Source: Candidatus Cloacimonadales bacterium
Lineage (GTDB): Bacteria; Cloacimonadota; Cloacimonadia; Cloacimonadales; JAIOQZ01
Direction: 5' to 3'
Length of the DNA stretch: 64,000 nucleotides
NCBI GenBank assembly: GCA_963662655.2
Contig: CAXXTU010000002.1
Location: 1,920,001-1,984,000, forward strand
Shown: positions 11,295 to 22,396 of the stretch, piece by piece
Numbering within the stretch: the first letter of the stretch is position 1
Layout: each line of letters begins with the position of its first letter
Notes under the pieces: model-generated
What the model saw: the letters and a program-made list of their open reading frames with translations, nothing else
Told to the model about the DNA's origin: nothing
The model's database searches: none
Made by a program: the position numbers and the translations under genes

Positions 11295-14200
11295 TTACAG
11301 TTCGCTATCGGACAGGAATTCGATGTGGAAGCAGAGCGACTTGAGCTCGCTGATCAACACATTGAACGATTCCGGGATTCCTGGATCCGGTGGATTGAGG
11401 CCGTTGGTGATCGCCTTGAAGGCGTTCGTGCGTCCATCCACGTCATCCGATTTTATGGTCAGCATTTCTTCGAGAAGCCGGGCAGCGCCGTACGCTTCCA
11501 GCGCCCAGACTTCCATTTCGCCCAGTCGCTGTCCACCATGCTGGGCCTTACCACCGAGAGGCTGCTGCGTAATGAGCGAGTATGGGCCGGTGGAGCGTGC
11601 GTGCATCTTGTCCGCGACAAGGTGATTCAGCTTCATCATGTAGATGATGCCGACCGTCACTCTCTCGCGGAAAGGTTCGCCCGTTTTTCCATCGAAAAGA
11701 ACCTGCTTGCCATCGGTCGGCAGGCCTGCCTTGTCCATCTCTTCGATAATGTCTTCCAGCTTGGCGCCGTCGAACACGGGTGTCTCCGCGCGGAAACCGA
11801 GCTTGAATGCAGCCATACCCAGATGGGTTTCCAGAATCTGACCGATATTCATACGAGAAGGCACGCCAAGCGGGTTGAGAACGATGTCAACCGGTGTACC
11901 GTCCGCCATGAACGGCATGTCTTCAATCGGGGAGATGCGCGAGATAACGCCCTTGTTTCCGTGGCGACCAGCCATCTTGTCTCCCACCTGAACTTTACGC
12001 TTCTTGGCGATGTAGACCTTCACCATTTTGCGCACGCCGTAAGGAAGTTCGTCACCGTGTTTCAGCCGATCGCGCGATTTCTTGTACATGTTCGCACTTT
12101 CTTCGCGAGCGGTCTTCACCTTCATCACGATGTCGTTGTAGATACGGAGGTTTTTCTCGGGGTTTTCCACAAGATCGTAGTCCAGATTGAGACGCTTGAA
12201 ATCGACCTTCTTCAGTTCTTCGTCGGTAATTTTCTTACCTGCGGGGATGAAGAAGATATTCGTCTTCTGGTTGGATATATTCTTCGCCTTCTCGCCGAGC
12301 AGGTAATCGGAGAGCTTATCCTTGAGGAATTTCTCGATCCGTTTGTTGCGTTCGGCTTGCTCCGCTTTGAGGCGAGCGATTTCGTCTTTCTTCTGCTCTT
12401 CGTAATCGTGGATGTCTTCCAGGCGGGAGAACACCTTCACGTCGATCACCACGCCTTCCATGCCGGGCTTGGCCTTGAGGGAGGTATTGGTGAAGTCGCC
12501 GGCGCGGTCTCCGAAGAGTGCGCGCATCAGGTTTTCTTCCGGGGAAGGATCGATATCCACGCTTTTGGGGGTAATCTTACCAACGACGATGTCGCCGGCC
12601 TTGATCACGGAACCCACGCGGATGATACCGGTTTTGTCCAGGTTGCGAAGCGCTTGCGTAGGGACGTTTGGGATATCGTAAGCAAGCTCTTCCTTGCCGT
12701 TCTTCACGTTACGGACGAGGACTTCCTGCTCTTCGATGTAGATAGATGTAAGTGTATCTTCGCGAGCGACGCGTTCGCTGAGAAGGATCGCGTCCTCGTA
12801 GTTGTAGCCGTACCACGGCATGAACGCCACCAGCATGTTCTGGCCAAGTGCGAAACGGTCCTTCTGAACACACGGGCCATCCGAGATCGGCTGTCCCTGC
12901 TTCACTTCGTCGCCGATATTAACGATCGGGCGCTGGTTGAAGCATGTGTCCTGATTGGAGCGCGCGTACTTCTTCAGATAGACGCGGCTGTCGGTTCCCA
13001 TATCCAGCGTCAGGTCGTCAGTGTCCTTACGCTTGATATCGATGTAGCCGGAGGTCACATTGGAGATGATACCGTCGAACGGCGCCAGCGCTACCACACC
13101 GCTATCCTGTGCTACGATCTTCTCCATACCCGTTCCCACGAGCGGTGAGGACGGATTGAGAAGCGGCACGGACTGGCGTTGCATGTTCGAGCCCATCAGG
13201 GCGCGGTTCGCGTCGTCGTGTTCGAGGAAAGGAATCAGCGATGCCGAGACCGATGCAATCTGCTGTGGAGAGACTTCCACGTACTGAACCTCGGTCGGAT
13301 GAACCTGGATGTACTCGCTCTTGTTACGAGCGAAAACCAGGTCGTCGGTGAGCTCCATATCCTCGTTGATGGTTACGTTCGCTTGCGCGATGGTGTATTT
13401 GTCTTCCTGAGCCGGATCGAGGTAATCGACCTGCTGGGTTACTTTGCCGTTCTCCACGCGGATGTACGGCGTCTCCATGAAGCCCATGCGGTTGATCTTC
13501 GAGTAGATCGCAGGTGAAGAGATCAGACCGATGTTCGGACCTTCAGGCGTCTCGATCGGGCAGATACGTCCGTAGTGCGAGTAGTGAACGTCGCGGACTT
13601 CGAATCCGGCACGATCTCTGGTGAGGCCACCGGGACCGAGTGCAGAAAGACGTCGCTTATGGGTAAGCGCTGCCAGCGGATTGGTCTGTTCCATGAACTG
13701 CGAAAGCTGACCCGTGAGGAAGAACGCCTGCACGACCGCGATCAGCGCATTGCTGTTGATCAGGTCGTGAACCGTCACTTCATCCGCATTCGAAATCGAC
13801 ATACGTTCGATGGCGATACGGGTGATGCGCAGAAGACCGTTGGTGTATTCTTCTTCCAGAAGCTCGCCCACGGTTCTGATGCGACGGTTCGCCAGATGGT
13901 CGATATCGTCCACGGTCTCTTCGTTACGGAAGATACGTACGATCGTGTTCACGATCGCTTCGAGGTCTTCGCGCGTGAGTACGTATTTGTCAGCCGGTAT
14001 ATCGAGATCGAGGCGGCTATTCAATTTATAGCGGCCAACCTCGCCCAGGTTGTATCTTTTTTCATTGAAGAACATACGCTCGACGAGCGCTTTTGCGTCT
14101 TCGTAGGAAGGGTCTTCGCCCGGACGAATCAGGTTGTATATCTTCTTGACCGCTTCTTCCTGATCCACCGTGGGATCCTTTGCGATCGTATTTTCTATGA

Positions 14201-15086
14201 TTTTTGCGTGAATTTCATAACTCGAAGCAACAACGGCAACCTCTTTGATTCCAGCTTCCTTCAGCTCGTCTATAACATCCTGGGTTACTTCCGTTCCTGC
14301 CTTGCAAATTTCTTCTCCGTTTTCGGAGTCGAACACGTCGTCGAATAAATATTTTTCCAGTGTTTCTTCTATCGGAAGCATCTCTTTTTCATAGAAAGCT
14401 TTCCGAATATCGTCATTACTCGAAAGCCCGACGCTCCTTAGCAGAACGGTTACCGGAAGTTTACGACGCTTGTCGATGTGGACATACATTGTATCGTGAA
14501 TATCGAGACTGAACTCGAGCCATGATCCGTTGTAAGGGATCACCTTTGCGGAGTAGACCATCTTGCCGCTGGGGTGCTTTTCTTCCGTGAAGGATACACC
14601 CGGCGAGCGATGGAGCTGGCTGATGATCACGCGTTCCGCGCCGTTGATGATGAAGGTTCCCTGGGGAGTGATCAATGGGATCTCGCCGAGGAACACGTCC
14701 TGTTCGATGATCTTTTTCACGCGCTTCTCACCGCTTTCCTTGAGGACTTCCTCGTCGTAGACGGTCAGCTTCATGCGTGCCTTGATCGGCGCCTGGTACG
14801 TGAGGTTTCGCTCGATACATTCATCCGTACTGTATTTTTCTTTCAGGACGGAGTAATCGATAAATTCGAGTAAGTAAACCTGCTTGGTGTCCTCGATCGG
14901 GAAAATCTGATCGAAAACCGATTGCAGGCCTTTGTTCTTCCTTTTCTGCGGATGAATGTCTCTCTGCAGGAATTCGTCGAATGAATCGATCTGCATCGCG
15001 AGAAGATTAGGCACCTCCACAGAGGGCAGCCCAAGATCCTGAGCCCTTTTTAAAATGCGGGAATAGTTCTTTATTTTTTCCAACAT
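11295..15086 (-). CDS. rpoB: RNA polymerase beta subunit
   Basis: GDKMAGRHGNKG, HYGRICPIETPEGPNIG and GQRLGEMEVWALEAYG motifs. Confidence 0.99.
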   Translation of the reverse strand: MLEKIKNYSRILKRAQDLGLPSVEVPNLLAMQIDSFDEFLQRDIHPQKRKNKGLQSVFDQIFPIEDTKQVYLLEFIDYSVLKEKYSTDECIERNLTYQAPIKARMKLTVYDEEVLKESGEKRVKKIIEQDVFLGEIPLITPQGTFIINGAERVIISQLHRSPGVSFTEEKHPSGKMVYSAKVIPYNGSWLEFSLDIHDTMYVHIDKRRKLPVTVLLRSVGLSSNDDIRKAFYEKEMLPIEETLEKYLFDDVFDSENGEEICKAGTEVTQDVIDELKEAGIKEVAVVASSYEIHAKIIENTIAKDPTVDQEEAVKKIYNLIRPGEDPSYEDAKALVERMFFNEKRYNLGEVGRYKLNSRLDLDIPADKYVLTREDLEAIVNTIVRIFRNEETVDDIDHLANRRIRTVGELLEEEYTNGLLRITRIAIERMSISNADEVTVHDLINSNALIAVVQAFFLTGQLSQFMEQTNPLAALTHKRRLSALGPGGLTRDRAGFEVRDVHYSHYGRICPIETPEGPNIGLISSPAIYSKINRMGFMETPYIRVENGKVTQQVDYLDPAQEDKYTIAQANVTINEDMELTDDLVFARNKSEYIQVHPTEVQYVEVSPQQIASVSASLIPFLEHDDANRALMGSNMQRQSVPLLNPSSPLVGTGMEKIVAQDSGVVALAPFDGIISNVTSGYIDIKRKDTDDLTLDMGTDSRVYLKKYARSNQDTCFNQRPIVNIGDEVKQGQPISDGPCVQKDRFALGQNMLVAFMPWYGYNYEDAILLSERVAREDTLTSIYIEEQEVLVRNVKNGKEELAYDIPNVPTQALRNLDKTGIIRVGSVIKAGDIVVGKITPKSVDIDPSPEENLMRALFGDRAGDFTNTSLKAKPGMEGVVIDVKVFSRLEDIHDYEEQKKDEIARLKAEQAERNKRIEKFLKDKLSDYLLGEKAKNISNQKTNIFFIPAGKKITDEELKKVDFKRLNLDYDLVENPEKNLRIYNDIVMKVKTAREESANMYKKSRDRLKHGDELPYGVRKMVKVYIAKKRKVQVGDKMAGRHGNKGVISRISPIEDMPFMADGTPVDIVLNPLGVPSRMNIGQILETHLGMAAFKLGFRAETPVFDGAKLEDIIEEMDKAGLPTDGKQVLFDGKTGEPFRERVTVGIIYMMKLNHLVADKMHARSTGPYSLITQQPLGGKAQHGGQRLGEMEVWALEAYGAARLLEEMLTIKSDDVDGRTNAFKAITNGLNPPDPGIPESFNVLISELKSLCFHIEFLSDSEL

Positions 15087-15099
15087 CCCACTCCTTTTT

Positions 15100-15600
15100 A
15101 AGAAAGATACTGCGGAAAAGACCGATCGTCTCCCGAACGCGCAACAACCTTTGAAGCGCCCTTAGCCGACACCTTGCCTTTGAAGGCGTCGCTTTCGGAG
15201 ATTATCGGTACTGAGAGTGAACAGCACAAATTGATCTGTCGAATAATCATAATTTCTCAAGACATTGTTTCATTCTATCGGCTTTCCCCTCATGGATAAT
15301 GCCGAATATCGCAGCGTCCGGTTTTACCCGCCTCCCCCTTTGGAAGCTTTCTGCTGCAACTTGATCTTTCATTGTGAAGTCTCTCTTTACGATTTTGTAA
15401 AATGGATTAGCCGGAAGCACACTCTCTACCGGTTTCAAGGAAAGGCAATTTGTCCTTATCGGGAATTCCGCAAACTCCCTTGACTCCATTCCTTCGTAAC
15501 GAACTTGTGATGCTTGAATACACTTCGTACTAATAACGGTGAAACCACTACCCAACGTGCGCCCTTTGTTTTCGGTTCGCATGGTTCGGTTAGTGGTCTT
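15100..15600 (-). ncRNA. Candidate large structured leader or ncRNA between rplL and rpoB
   Basis: About 500 nt with no credible ORF. Many nested complementary stems seen by eye, and three copies of a GC(C)TTC(C)AAAGG motif. Confidence 0.45.
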
Positions 15601-15608
15601 CATCATTG

Positions 15609-15650
15609 AAAAAATCGAAGTGGGAGTCATGTTTGAACGCCCACTTCGAT
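15609..15650 (-). terminator. Intrinsic terminator/attenuator after rplL
   Basis: ATCGAAGTGGG/CCCACTTCGAT 11-bp stem followed by a T run on the minus strand. Confidence 0.85.
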
Positions 15651-15661
15651 AATATCTGTCA

Positions 15662-16039
15662 TTACTTGATTTCGACGGATGCACCAGCTTCTTCAAGTTT
15701 TGCCTTGATCGATTCAGCTTCTTCCTTCGAAACTCCTTCAACGATCGGCTTTGGAGCGGTGTCAACGAGATCTTTCGCTTCTTTGAGACCAAGCTTGGTA
15801 ATGGTGCGGACAACCTTGATCACCTGGATCTTCTTGTCGCCTGAGTTTGCAAGAATTACGTCAAACTCGCTCTTTTCTTCTGCTGCTGCTTCAGCAGGAG
15901 CTGCGCCTACCGCTGCCACTGCTACTGGAGCTGCTGCGGTTACGCCAAAGATCTCTTCGAGTTCTTTAACAAGTTCGGAAAGTTCGATAACCGTCATTTC
16001 TTTGATGATATCGATGACCTGTTGCTTCTTATCAGCCAT
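15662..16039 (-). CDS. rplL: 50S ribosomal protein L7/L12
   Basis: KIQVIKVVR and [10 protein letters not shown] motifs. Start moved to MADKK, which has a GGAGG RBS. Confidence 0.98.
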   Translation of the reverse strand: MADKKQQVIDIIKEMTVIELSELVKELEEIFGVTAAAPVAVAAVGAAPAEAAAEEKSEFDVILANSGDKKIQVIKVVRTITKLGLKEAKDLVDTAPKPIVEGVSKEEAESIKAKLEEAGASVEIK

Positions 16040-16070
16040 TGGTTCCTCCAATTATGTTTATGCTTATTTT

Positions 16071-16601
16071 TTATTCTGCTTTTTGTTGCGCGATTGCGTC
16101 GACTGTGTAAACAAACTTACGAATGATACCCGAGAGGGCACCTACGAAGCCTGTGATAGGAGCTTGGAATCCTGCCATAACTTTCGCCAGAAGCTCTTCA
16201 CGAGACGGAAGTTTTGCAAGCTGGGTCAGTTCGTCCATATCCATTACGATACTTCCGATATAGCCGTGCTTGAATTTGGGGAATTCCTTGTCGTCCATCA
16301 CTTCCTTGCAAAACTTAACAAGCTCCCTCGCTGGCGCTACTTCGTCTGCTTTGCAAACGGCAACGGCAGTGGGTCCCACCAGATACTCATCAAGTTCTTT
16401 TACGCCAAGTTCGTTCAGCGCGATCTTGATCAACGTGTTCTTAGCCACGAAATAATCAACACCGGCGCCGCGGAAACGTCTGCGAAGCTCACTAACTTCC
16501 TCGACGTTGATTCCCTTGTAGTCGACCAACACAATCGCTTTGGCTGAGTCCAGCCGTTCTTTCAGTGTAACCAGAGTGTCTTTATTCATTTGATTCGGCA
16601 T
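16071..16601 (-). CDS. rplJ: 50S ribosomal protein L10
   Basis: DYKGINV, VAKNTL and LAKLPSREELL motifs, plus synteny. Confidence 0.97.
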   Translation of the reverse strand: MPNQMNKDTLVTLKERLDSAKAIVLVDYKGINVEEVSELRRRFRGAGVDYFVAKNTLIKIALNELGVKELDEYLVGPTAVAVCKADEVAPARELVKFCKEVMDDKEFPKFKHGYIGSIVMDMDELTQLAKLPSREELLAKVMAGFQAPITGFVGALSGIIRKFVYTVDAIAQQKAE

Positions 16602-16610
16602 GGTTCACTC

Positions 16611-17315
16611 CTATTTACGCGCTTCAAGCGTTGTTGTCGCTACGTTGAGTTTTATACTAGGTCCCATTGTTGTGGTAAGCGAGATAGACTTGATATAAAC
16701 GCCCTTGAGCGCTGCAGGTTTATCGCGCATTATCGCGGAGACGACAGCCAGAATATTCTCCTTCAACTTGGGGACATCGAAGCTTTTCTTACCCGTAGGG
16801 ATGTGAAGATTTGCGAACTTGTCGACGCGGTAAGCAACCTTACCGAATTTCGCATCGCGCACTGCTGCGCCAACTTCCATGGTTACGGTTCCAACTTTGG
16901 GGTTCGGCATCAAGCCGCGGGGACCGAGGACACGACCCAAGCGACCGATCTTACCCATCAGATTCGGGGTTGCGATAACGATGTCGAAGTCGTACCATCC
17001 ACCCTGAATTTTATCAACCAGGTCATCGACTCCCACGTATTCCGCGCCGGCGTTGGTAGCTTCGGTCGCCTTGTCGCCTTCTGCGAAAACGAGGACGCGA
17101 ACCTGCTTGCCAGTACCGTTCGGGAGAACGATGGAGTTACGGATTTGCTGATCCGCTTTTCGGGGATCAACGCCCAGATTGAAGTGGATTTCGACGGTCT
17201 CGTCGAACTTCGCCTGGGGCAATTTCTTGATTACTTCAAGAGCTTCGTCGAGTTCGTAGCGAACATTGCGATCGATCATCTCTTGTGCGTTTTTGAAGCG
17301 CTTGCTTCTGAACAT
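16611..17315 (-). CDS. rplA: 50S ribosomal protein L1
   Basis: KFDETVE, LGPRGLMPNPK and TTMGPS motifs. Start set at MFRSK after AGGAG. Confidence 0.98.
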   Translation of the reverse strand: MFRSKRFKNAQEMIDRNVRYELDEALEVIKKLPQAKFDETVEIHFNLGVDPRKADQQIRNSIVLPNGTGKQVRVLVFAEGDKATEATNAGAEYVGVDDLVDKIQGGWYDFDIVIATPNLMGKIGRLGRVLGPRGLMPNPKVGTVTMEVGAAVRDAKFGKVAYRVDKFANLHIPTGKKSFDVPKLKENILAVVSAIMRDKPAALKGVYIKSISLTTTMGPSIKLNVATTTLEARK

Positions 17316-17377
17316 AGTTACTCCTGGATACGACAATCTCCTGCGGAAAGAGATTTAAGCGTCGTTTCGAAATGGGG

Positions 17378-17809
17378 TTATTCCGAAACGGTGACGCCCA
17401 TGCTTCTCGCAGTACCTTCGATCATGCGCATCGCTGCGTCCACCGTGTGAGCGTTGAGGTCTTGCATTTTGATCTCGGCGATCTTCTTGACCTGCTCTTT
17501 GGTGACGTTGCCGACCTTTGTCTTGTTCGGCTCCCCTGATCCCTTCGCCAGCCCTGCTTCCTTGCGGATGAGTACGGCTGCCGGAGGTGTTTTCAATTCA
17601 AAAGTGAAACTTTTATTCTTCGCAACGTAGATCATCACCGGGAAGATCATCCCCGGGCTATCTTTTGTCCGGTCGTTAAACTGTCTGCAGAACTCCGGAA
17701 TGTTGACACCTGCCTGACCCAGCGCCGGACCAACCGGAGGAGCGGGTGTTGCCTGACCAGCAGGCAATTGCAGCTTGATTACATTAACAGCATCTTTTGG
17801 TTTTGCCAT
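17378..17809 (-). CDS. rplK: 50S ribosomal protein L11
   Basis: [12 protein letters not shown] and GTARSMG motifs. Confidence 0.99.
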   Translation of the reverse strand: MAKPKDAVNVIKLQLPAGQATPAPPVGPALGQAGVNIPEFCRQFNDRTKDSPGMIFPVMIYVAKNKSFTFELKTPPAAVLIRKEAGLAKGSGEPNKTKVGNVTKEQVKKIAEIKMQDLNAHTVDAAMRMIEGTARSMGVTVSE

Positions 17810-17824
17810 GTTTGCCTCTATTGC

Positions 17825-18352
17825 TTATTTATTTATCTCCACCTGGTCGACGGATACCTCTACCGGGGTCACCCTGCCGAAAACCGTTACCTCGACGGAT
17901 AACTTTCTGGCTTCGGAATTGACGCTGCGTATCACGCCCTTGAAGTCAGTAAATGGCCCCGAATTGATCTTTACGATATCACCAGGCAGGAATTCGATAT
18001 CGGCCTTGTCCGTGTTATCGCGGTCAGCGATACCCAGAAGCCTGTTCACTTCATCCTGGTCGAGCGGAACAGCTTTCTTACCGGTCCCCAGGAAGTTCGT
18101 AACACCCGGAAGATTCAGAATGTAGCTCTGCAGCTCACGTGTGAGCTCCGCCTCAATGATTATATAACTATTGAAAACCTTGCGCTCCCGCTCGATTTTC
18201 TTTCCTTCGCGAATCAGGTATGTCGTCTGGGTCGGTATCAGTATCTGGCCGACCTTGTCTTCGAGTTCAGTATCTTTCACACCCTTCTCGAGCATTTCGC
18301 TTATCTTGTTCTCCTGGGATGCAAAGGTGTGGATGACATACCATTTCTTCAT
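17825..18352 (-). CDS. nusG: Transcription termination/antitermination factor NusG
   Basis: WYVIHT N-terminus and KOW domain GPFTDFKG...VFGRVTPVE. Confidence 0.97.
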   Translation of the reverse strand: MKKWYVIHTFASQENKISEMLEKGVKDTELEDKVGQILIPTQTTYLIREGKKIERERKVFNSYIIIEAELTRELQSYILNLPGVTNFLGTGKKAVPLDQDEVNRLLGIADRDNTDKADIEFLPGDIVKINSGPFTDFKGVIRSVNSEARKLSVEVTVFGRVTPVEVSVDQVEINK

Positions 18353-18355
18353 TGC

Positions 18356-18547
18356 TTAACCCCTGAAGATGATGAAACGCATTACGATCGAGAAGATCCA
18401 ATCGACGACCGAGAGGAAAACTGCTACCAGCGCAGACATTGATATCACGACAATGGTTCCCTCTTTCAAGTCATCTTTCGATGGCCAGGAGATGTGCCGT
18501 CTTTCGTGCCACACATCGTTGAGAAATTTCCAGAGCTTCTTAAACAT
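18356..18547 (-). CDS. secE: Preprotein translocase SecE
   Basis: 63 aa, ISWPSK followed by one TM helix. Lies between tRNA-Trp and nusG. Confidence 0.92.
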   Translation of the reverse strand: MFKKLWKFLNDVWHERRHISWPSKDDLKEGTIVVISMSALVAVFLSVVDWIFSIVMRFIIFRG

Positions 18548-18607
18548 AATCCTATTTCCTTTTACACAAAAAGAAAGGCTTATTAAGCGCTTTCTCTTTG
18601 TAAAAAC

Positions 18608-18683
18608 TGGCAGGACAGGCAGGAATCGAACCCGCAACCCCCGGTTTTGGAGACCGGTGCTCTACCAATTGAACTACTGTCCT
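18608..18683 (-). tRNA. tRNA-Trp (CCA)
   Basis: Cloverleaf AGGACAG...CCGGT CTCCAAA ACCGG...GTTCGATT...CTGTCCT GCCA. Confidence 0.97.
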
Positions 18684-18697
18684 ACCCTATCATTTAC

Positions 18698-18847
18698 TTA
18701 GCGTGTTTGCTTATGATTCGTGTGTTTCCGACATTTGGGGCAATATTTCTTGAGTTCCAAACGGTTCGGATGATTTCGCCTGTTCTTCGTAGTCGAATAA
18801 TTTCTATTCTTGCACTCTTCGCAGGCCAGTGTGATTATTTCTCGCAT
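18698..18847 (-). CDS. rpmG: 50S ribosomal protein L33 (Zn-ribbon, C+ form)
   Basis: Below the ORF track cutoff. Manual translation [49 protein letters not shown]. Confidence 0.97.
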   Translation of the reverse strand: MREIITLACEECKNRNYSTTKNRRNHPNRLELKKYCPKCRKHTNHKQTR

Positions 18848-18856
18848 GATACTGCC

Positions 18857-20041
<1,185 letters not shown>

Positions 20042-20100
20042 GATTCCTCCAGGTTATGTATTCGTTTAAGTTTTCATCTCAGCATCTATAAAACAAAAAA

Positions 20101-20176
<76 letters not shown>

Positions 20177-20191
20177 CGACATTCTTAAATA

Positions 20192-20268
20192 TGGAGCGGG
20201 AAACGGGGCTCGAACCCGCGACCCTCAGCTTGGAAGGCTGATGCTCTAGCCATCTGAGCTATTCCCGC
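20192..20268 (-). tRNA. tRNA-Gly (TCC)
   Basis: GCGGGAA acceptor, anticodon loop CTTCCAA, encoded CCA. Confidence 0.96.
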
Positions 20269-20343
20269 TTATTTATCGCTAAATTAACATCCAGATAAAA
20301 AACAACTCTCCAATGCAACCCTCGTTGCTCTGGAGAGAAAAAA

Positions 20344-20428
20344 TGGTGGAGAGGGGAGGATTCGAACCTCCGAAGTCTTCGACGACAGATTTACAGTCTG
20401 TTCCCTTTGGCCGCTCGGGAACCTCTCC
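20344..20428 (-). tRNA. tRNA-Tyr (GTA)
   Basis: Anticodon arm ACAGA CTGTAAA TCTGT, variable arm, encoded CCA. Confidence 0.96.
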
Positions 20429-20433
20429 ATTTA

Positions 20434-20508
20434 TGGAGCCGATGAAGGGAATCGAACCCCCAACCGATGGTTTACAAAACCATTGCTCTACCATTGAGCT
20501 ACATCGGC
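20434..20508 (-). tRNA. tRNA-Thr (TGT)
   Basis: Anticodon arm ATGGT TTTGTAA ACCAT. Completes the canonical Thr-Tyr-Gly-Thr-tuf operon. Confidence 0.96.
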
Positions 20509-20818
20509 CAGCTGACAGTTTCTCAACAAAAATTGCTTTTGTTTTCCTGTCAATCTTTTTCTCGACAAATCACTCTATTATGTTCAAATCAAATATCTAA
20601 CATTGAGTGCGCAAAATCATAACACCCTGCCTTTTGTGTCAACCTATTTTTCCCTTTTCAAATATTTTCATCCTCACACTATTCAAGCCATGTCCCTAAC
20701 CAACTGCACATCAAACAGTAACATTCCCGAAGCAATCCGCCGCCTTCCACCAGGAAAACTCTTTCCATTATTTGTTTGACACGTTTCAAAAACCTGCAAT
20801 CTTTTACGAAAAATCTGG

Positions 20819-22396
20819 ATGAGTGGAATGCACCCAAAATCACAACGGCCTCTCACTGCGATCGAGATAGACCTGCGAGAGCGAATCAAGGAGCTGGAAG
20901 GGCTCTACGCCCTGAACCACCTCGCGACCCTGGACATACCCATCGAGGAACTCTTCACCCGTTTCACGCAGGATATCATACCCAAGAGCATGCAGTTCCC
21001 CGAGTACGTTTTCAGCAAAATCGTTCTCGATGGAGTCACGCACACGCAGTGCGCCAATATCTCACAGCAAACGGACAACGTGCTCAAGAGGGATATCGTC
21101 ATCAACAACCTCACACGCGGCAACATATTCATTGGCTATATCGATCCCGCACTCGAGTTTCTGGAGACATTTGAGAACAAGCTGATCCAGGGCTATGCCG
21201 ATAAACTCGCCGACATCATCCAGCGCAAGGAAAGCGATGCCCAACTCCTCCTCGAGAAAGCGCGTGCGGAGCATTACCTGCGCATTGCGGGAGTGATCAT
21301 CATTGCGCTCGACATCGAGGGCGTGGTAACGCTCATCAACGAGACCGGGTGCCGAATCGTCGGCAGACCGCAGGATCAGATCATCGGCATCAACTGGTTC
21401 GACCACTTCACGGACCCGCGAGATCGGGATAACAGAAAGCTAAACCACCTCAGGATGACCGCGGGGCTTTCCGAGCCCTTGAAAACCATCGAGAATCGCA
21501 TCCTTAACCGAGACGGGGAACAGCGTATCATCTCCTGGCACGTGACGCTGGTGAGAGACCAGGATCGAAGAATTACTGGCACCCTCAGCTCAGGTGAAGA
21601 TATCACCCGCAGGGTATTCATGGAGAACAAGAAGATCGAGGCGGAGAAGATCGCCGAACGCTCCCTGCGGCTCGCATCGATGGGGACGATGGCAGGCGGC
21701 ATCGCACACGAGATCAATCAACCGCTGACCGCCCTGAAAAGTAAAGCGGACGGCCTCCTGCTGTGGCGCGAGATGGAGCACGAGGTACGGATCGATGAGT
21801 TGTGGGACGCGCTCAGGTTCATCTCGGGGCAGAGCCAGAGAATCCATGACATCATCCAGCATTTGCGTTCCCTGATCAACCAGCGACCCATTCACGTCTA
21901 TGAGGAGTTCAATCTGCATCGCTCTATCGAGAGCACACTCGCCCTTGTACGGACCAAGTGTCAGGCCCAGCAGATCAGGCTTGTTACCGACTACGATCCA
22001 TCCATCACATTTATTCGCTCTAACCACGTGCTTCTCATGCAGGCCATACTCAATCTGATCAACAATGCGCTGGAAGCCCTGAGCGTGACGCAGTACAATG
22101 ACAAAACCATCACGATCCGTACGAAGCAGGTGCCCAACAACCTCACGATCGAGATCGAGGACAACGGAACCGGCGTCACACCCGAAATCATGGATCACAT
22201 CTTCGATCCCTTTTTCACAACCAAGAATCCGCAAAAGGGTATGGGATTGGGGCTGACTATAACGGAAAACTTCATTCGCAGCCTGGGTGGCGTGATCAAC
22301 CTGAGGAACGCCCCCGATCGCGGAGCGATATCGCAAATCAAATTACCCAACCTTCAGAAGAAGAACAGGGATTATCTGTTCGGCAATGAGAAATAG
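20819..22396 (+). CDS. PAS-domain sensor histidine kinase
   Basis: PAS/PAC, H-box GIAHEINQPL, N-box NLINNA, EDNGTG, FDPFFTTK and GMGLGL. Confidence 0.92.
   Translation: MSGMHPKSQRPLTAIEIDLRERIKELEGLYALNHLATLDIPIEELFTRFTQDIIPKSMQFPEYVFSKIVLDGVTHTQCANISQQTDNVLKRDIVINNLTRGNIFIGYIDPALEFLETFENKLIQGYADKLADIIQRKESDAQLLLEKARAEHYLRIAGVIIIALDIEGVVTLINETGCRIVGRPQDQIIGINWFDHFTDPRDRDNRKLNHLRMTAGLSEPLKTIENRILNRDGEQRIISWHVTLVRDQDRRITGTLSSGEDITRRVFMENKKIEAEKIAERSLRLASMGTMAGGIAHEINQPLTALKSKADGLLLWREMEHEVRIDELWDALRFISGQSQRIHDIIQHLRSLINQRPIHVYEEFNLHRSIESTLALVRTKCQAQQIRLVTDYDPSITFIRSNHVLLMQAILNLINNALEALSVTQYNDKTITIRTKQVPNNLTIEIEDNGTGVTPEIMDHIFDPFFTTKNPQKGMGLGLTITENFIRSLGGVINLRNAPDRGAISQIKLPNLQKKNRDYLFGNEK

Noticed and set aside
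8367..13148. Long + strand ORFs opposite rpoC/rpoB (502 and 607 aa), and similar ones opposite other genes (28434-29933, 35653-37209, 57287-58600, 59239-60528, 61770-62918)
   Set aside because: Antisense shadows of codon-biased genes, with no recognisable motifs.
15100..15600. Identification of the spacer as RNase P RNA, tmRNA, SRP RNA or a group I/II intron
   Set aside because: None of their hallmark motifs (GAGGAAAGTCC, tRNA-like ends, the SRP GGAA loop, intron P7 or domain V) could be found by eye on either strand.
15247..15813. 188-aa minus-strand ORF in the rplL-rpoB spacer
   Set aside because: It starts out of frame inside rplL, crosses the terminator, and has no RBS or protein-like motifs. 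The region is better explained as structured RNA.
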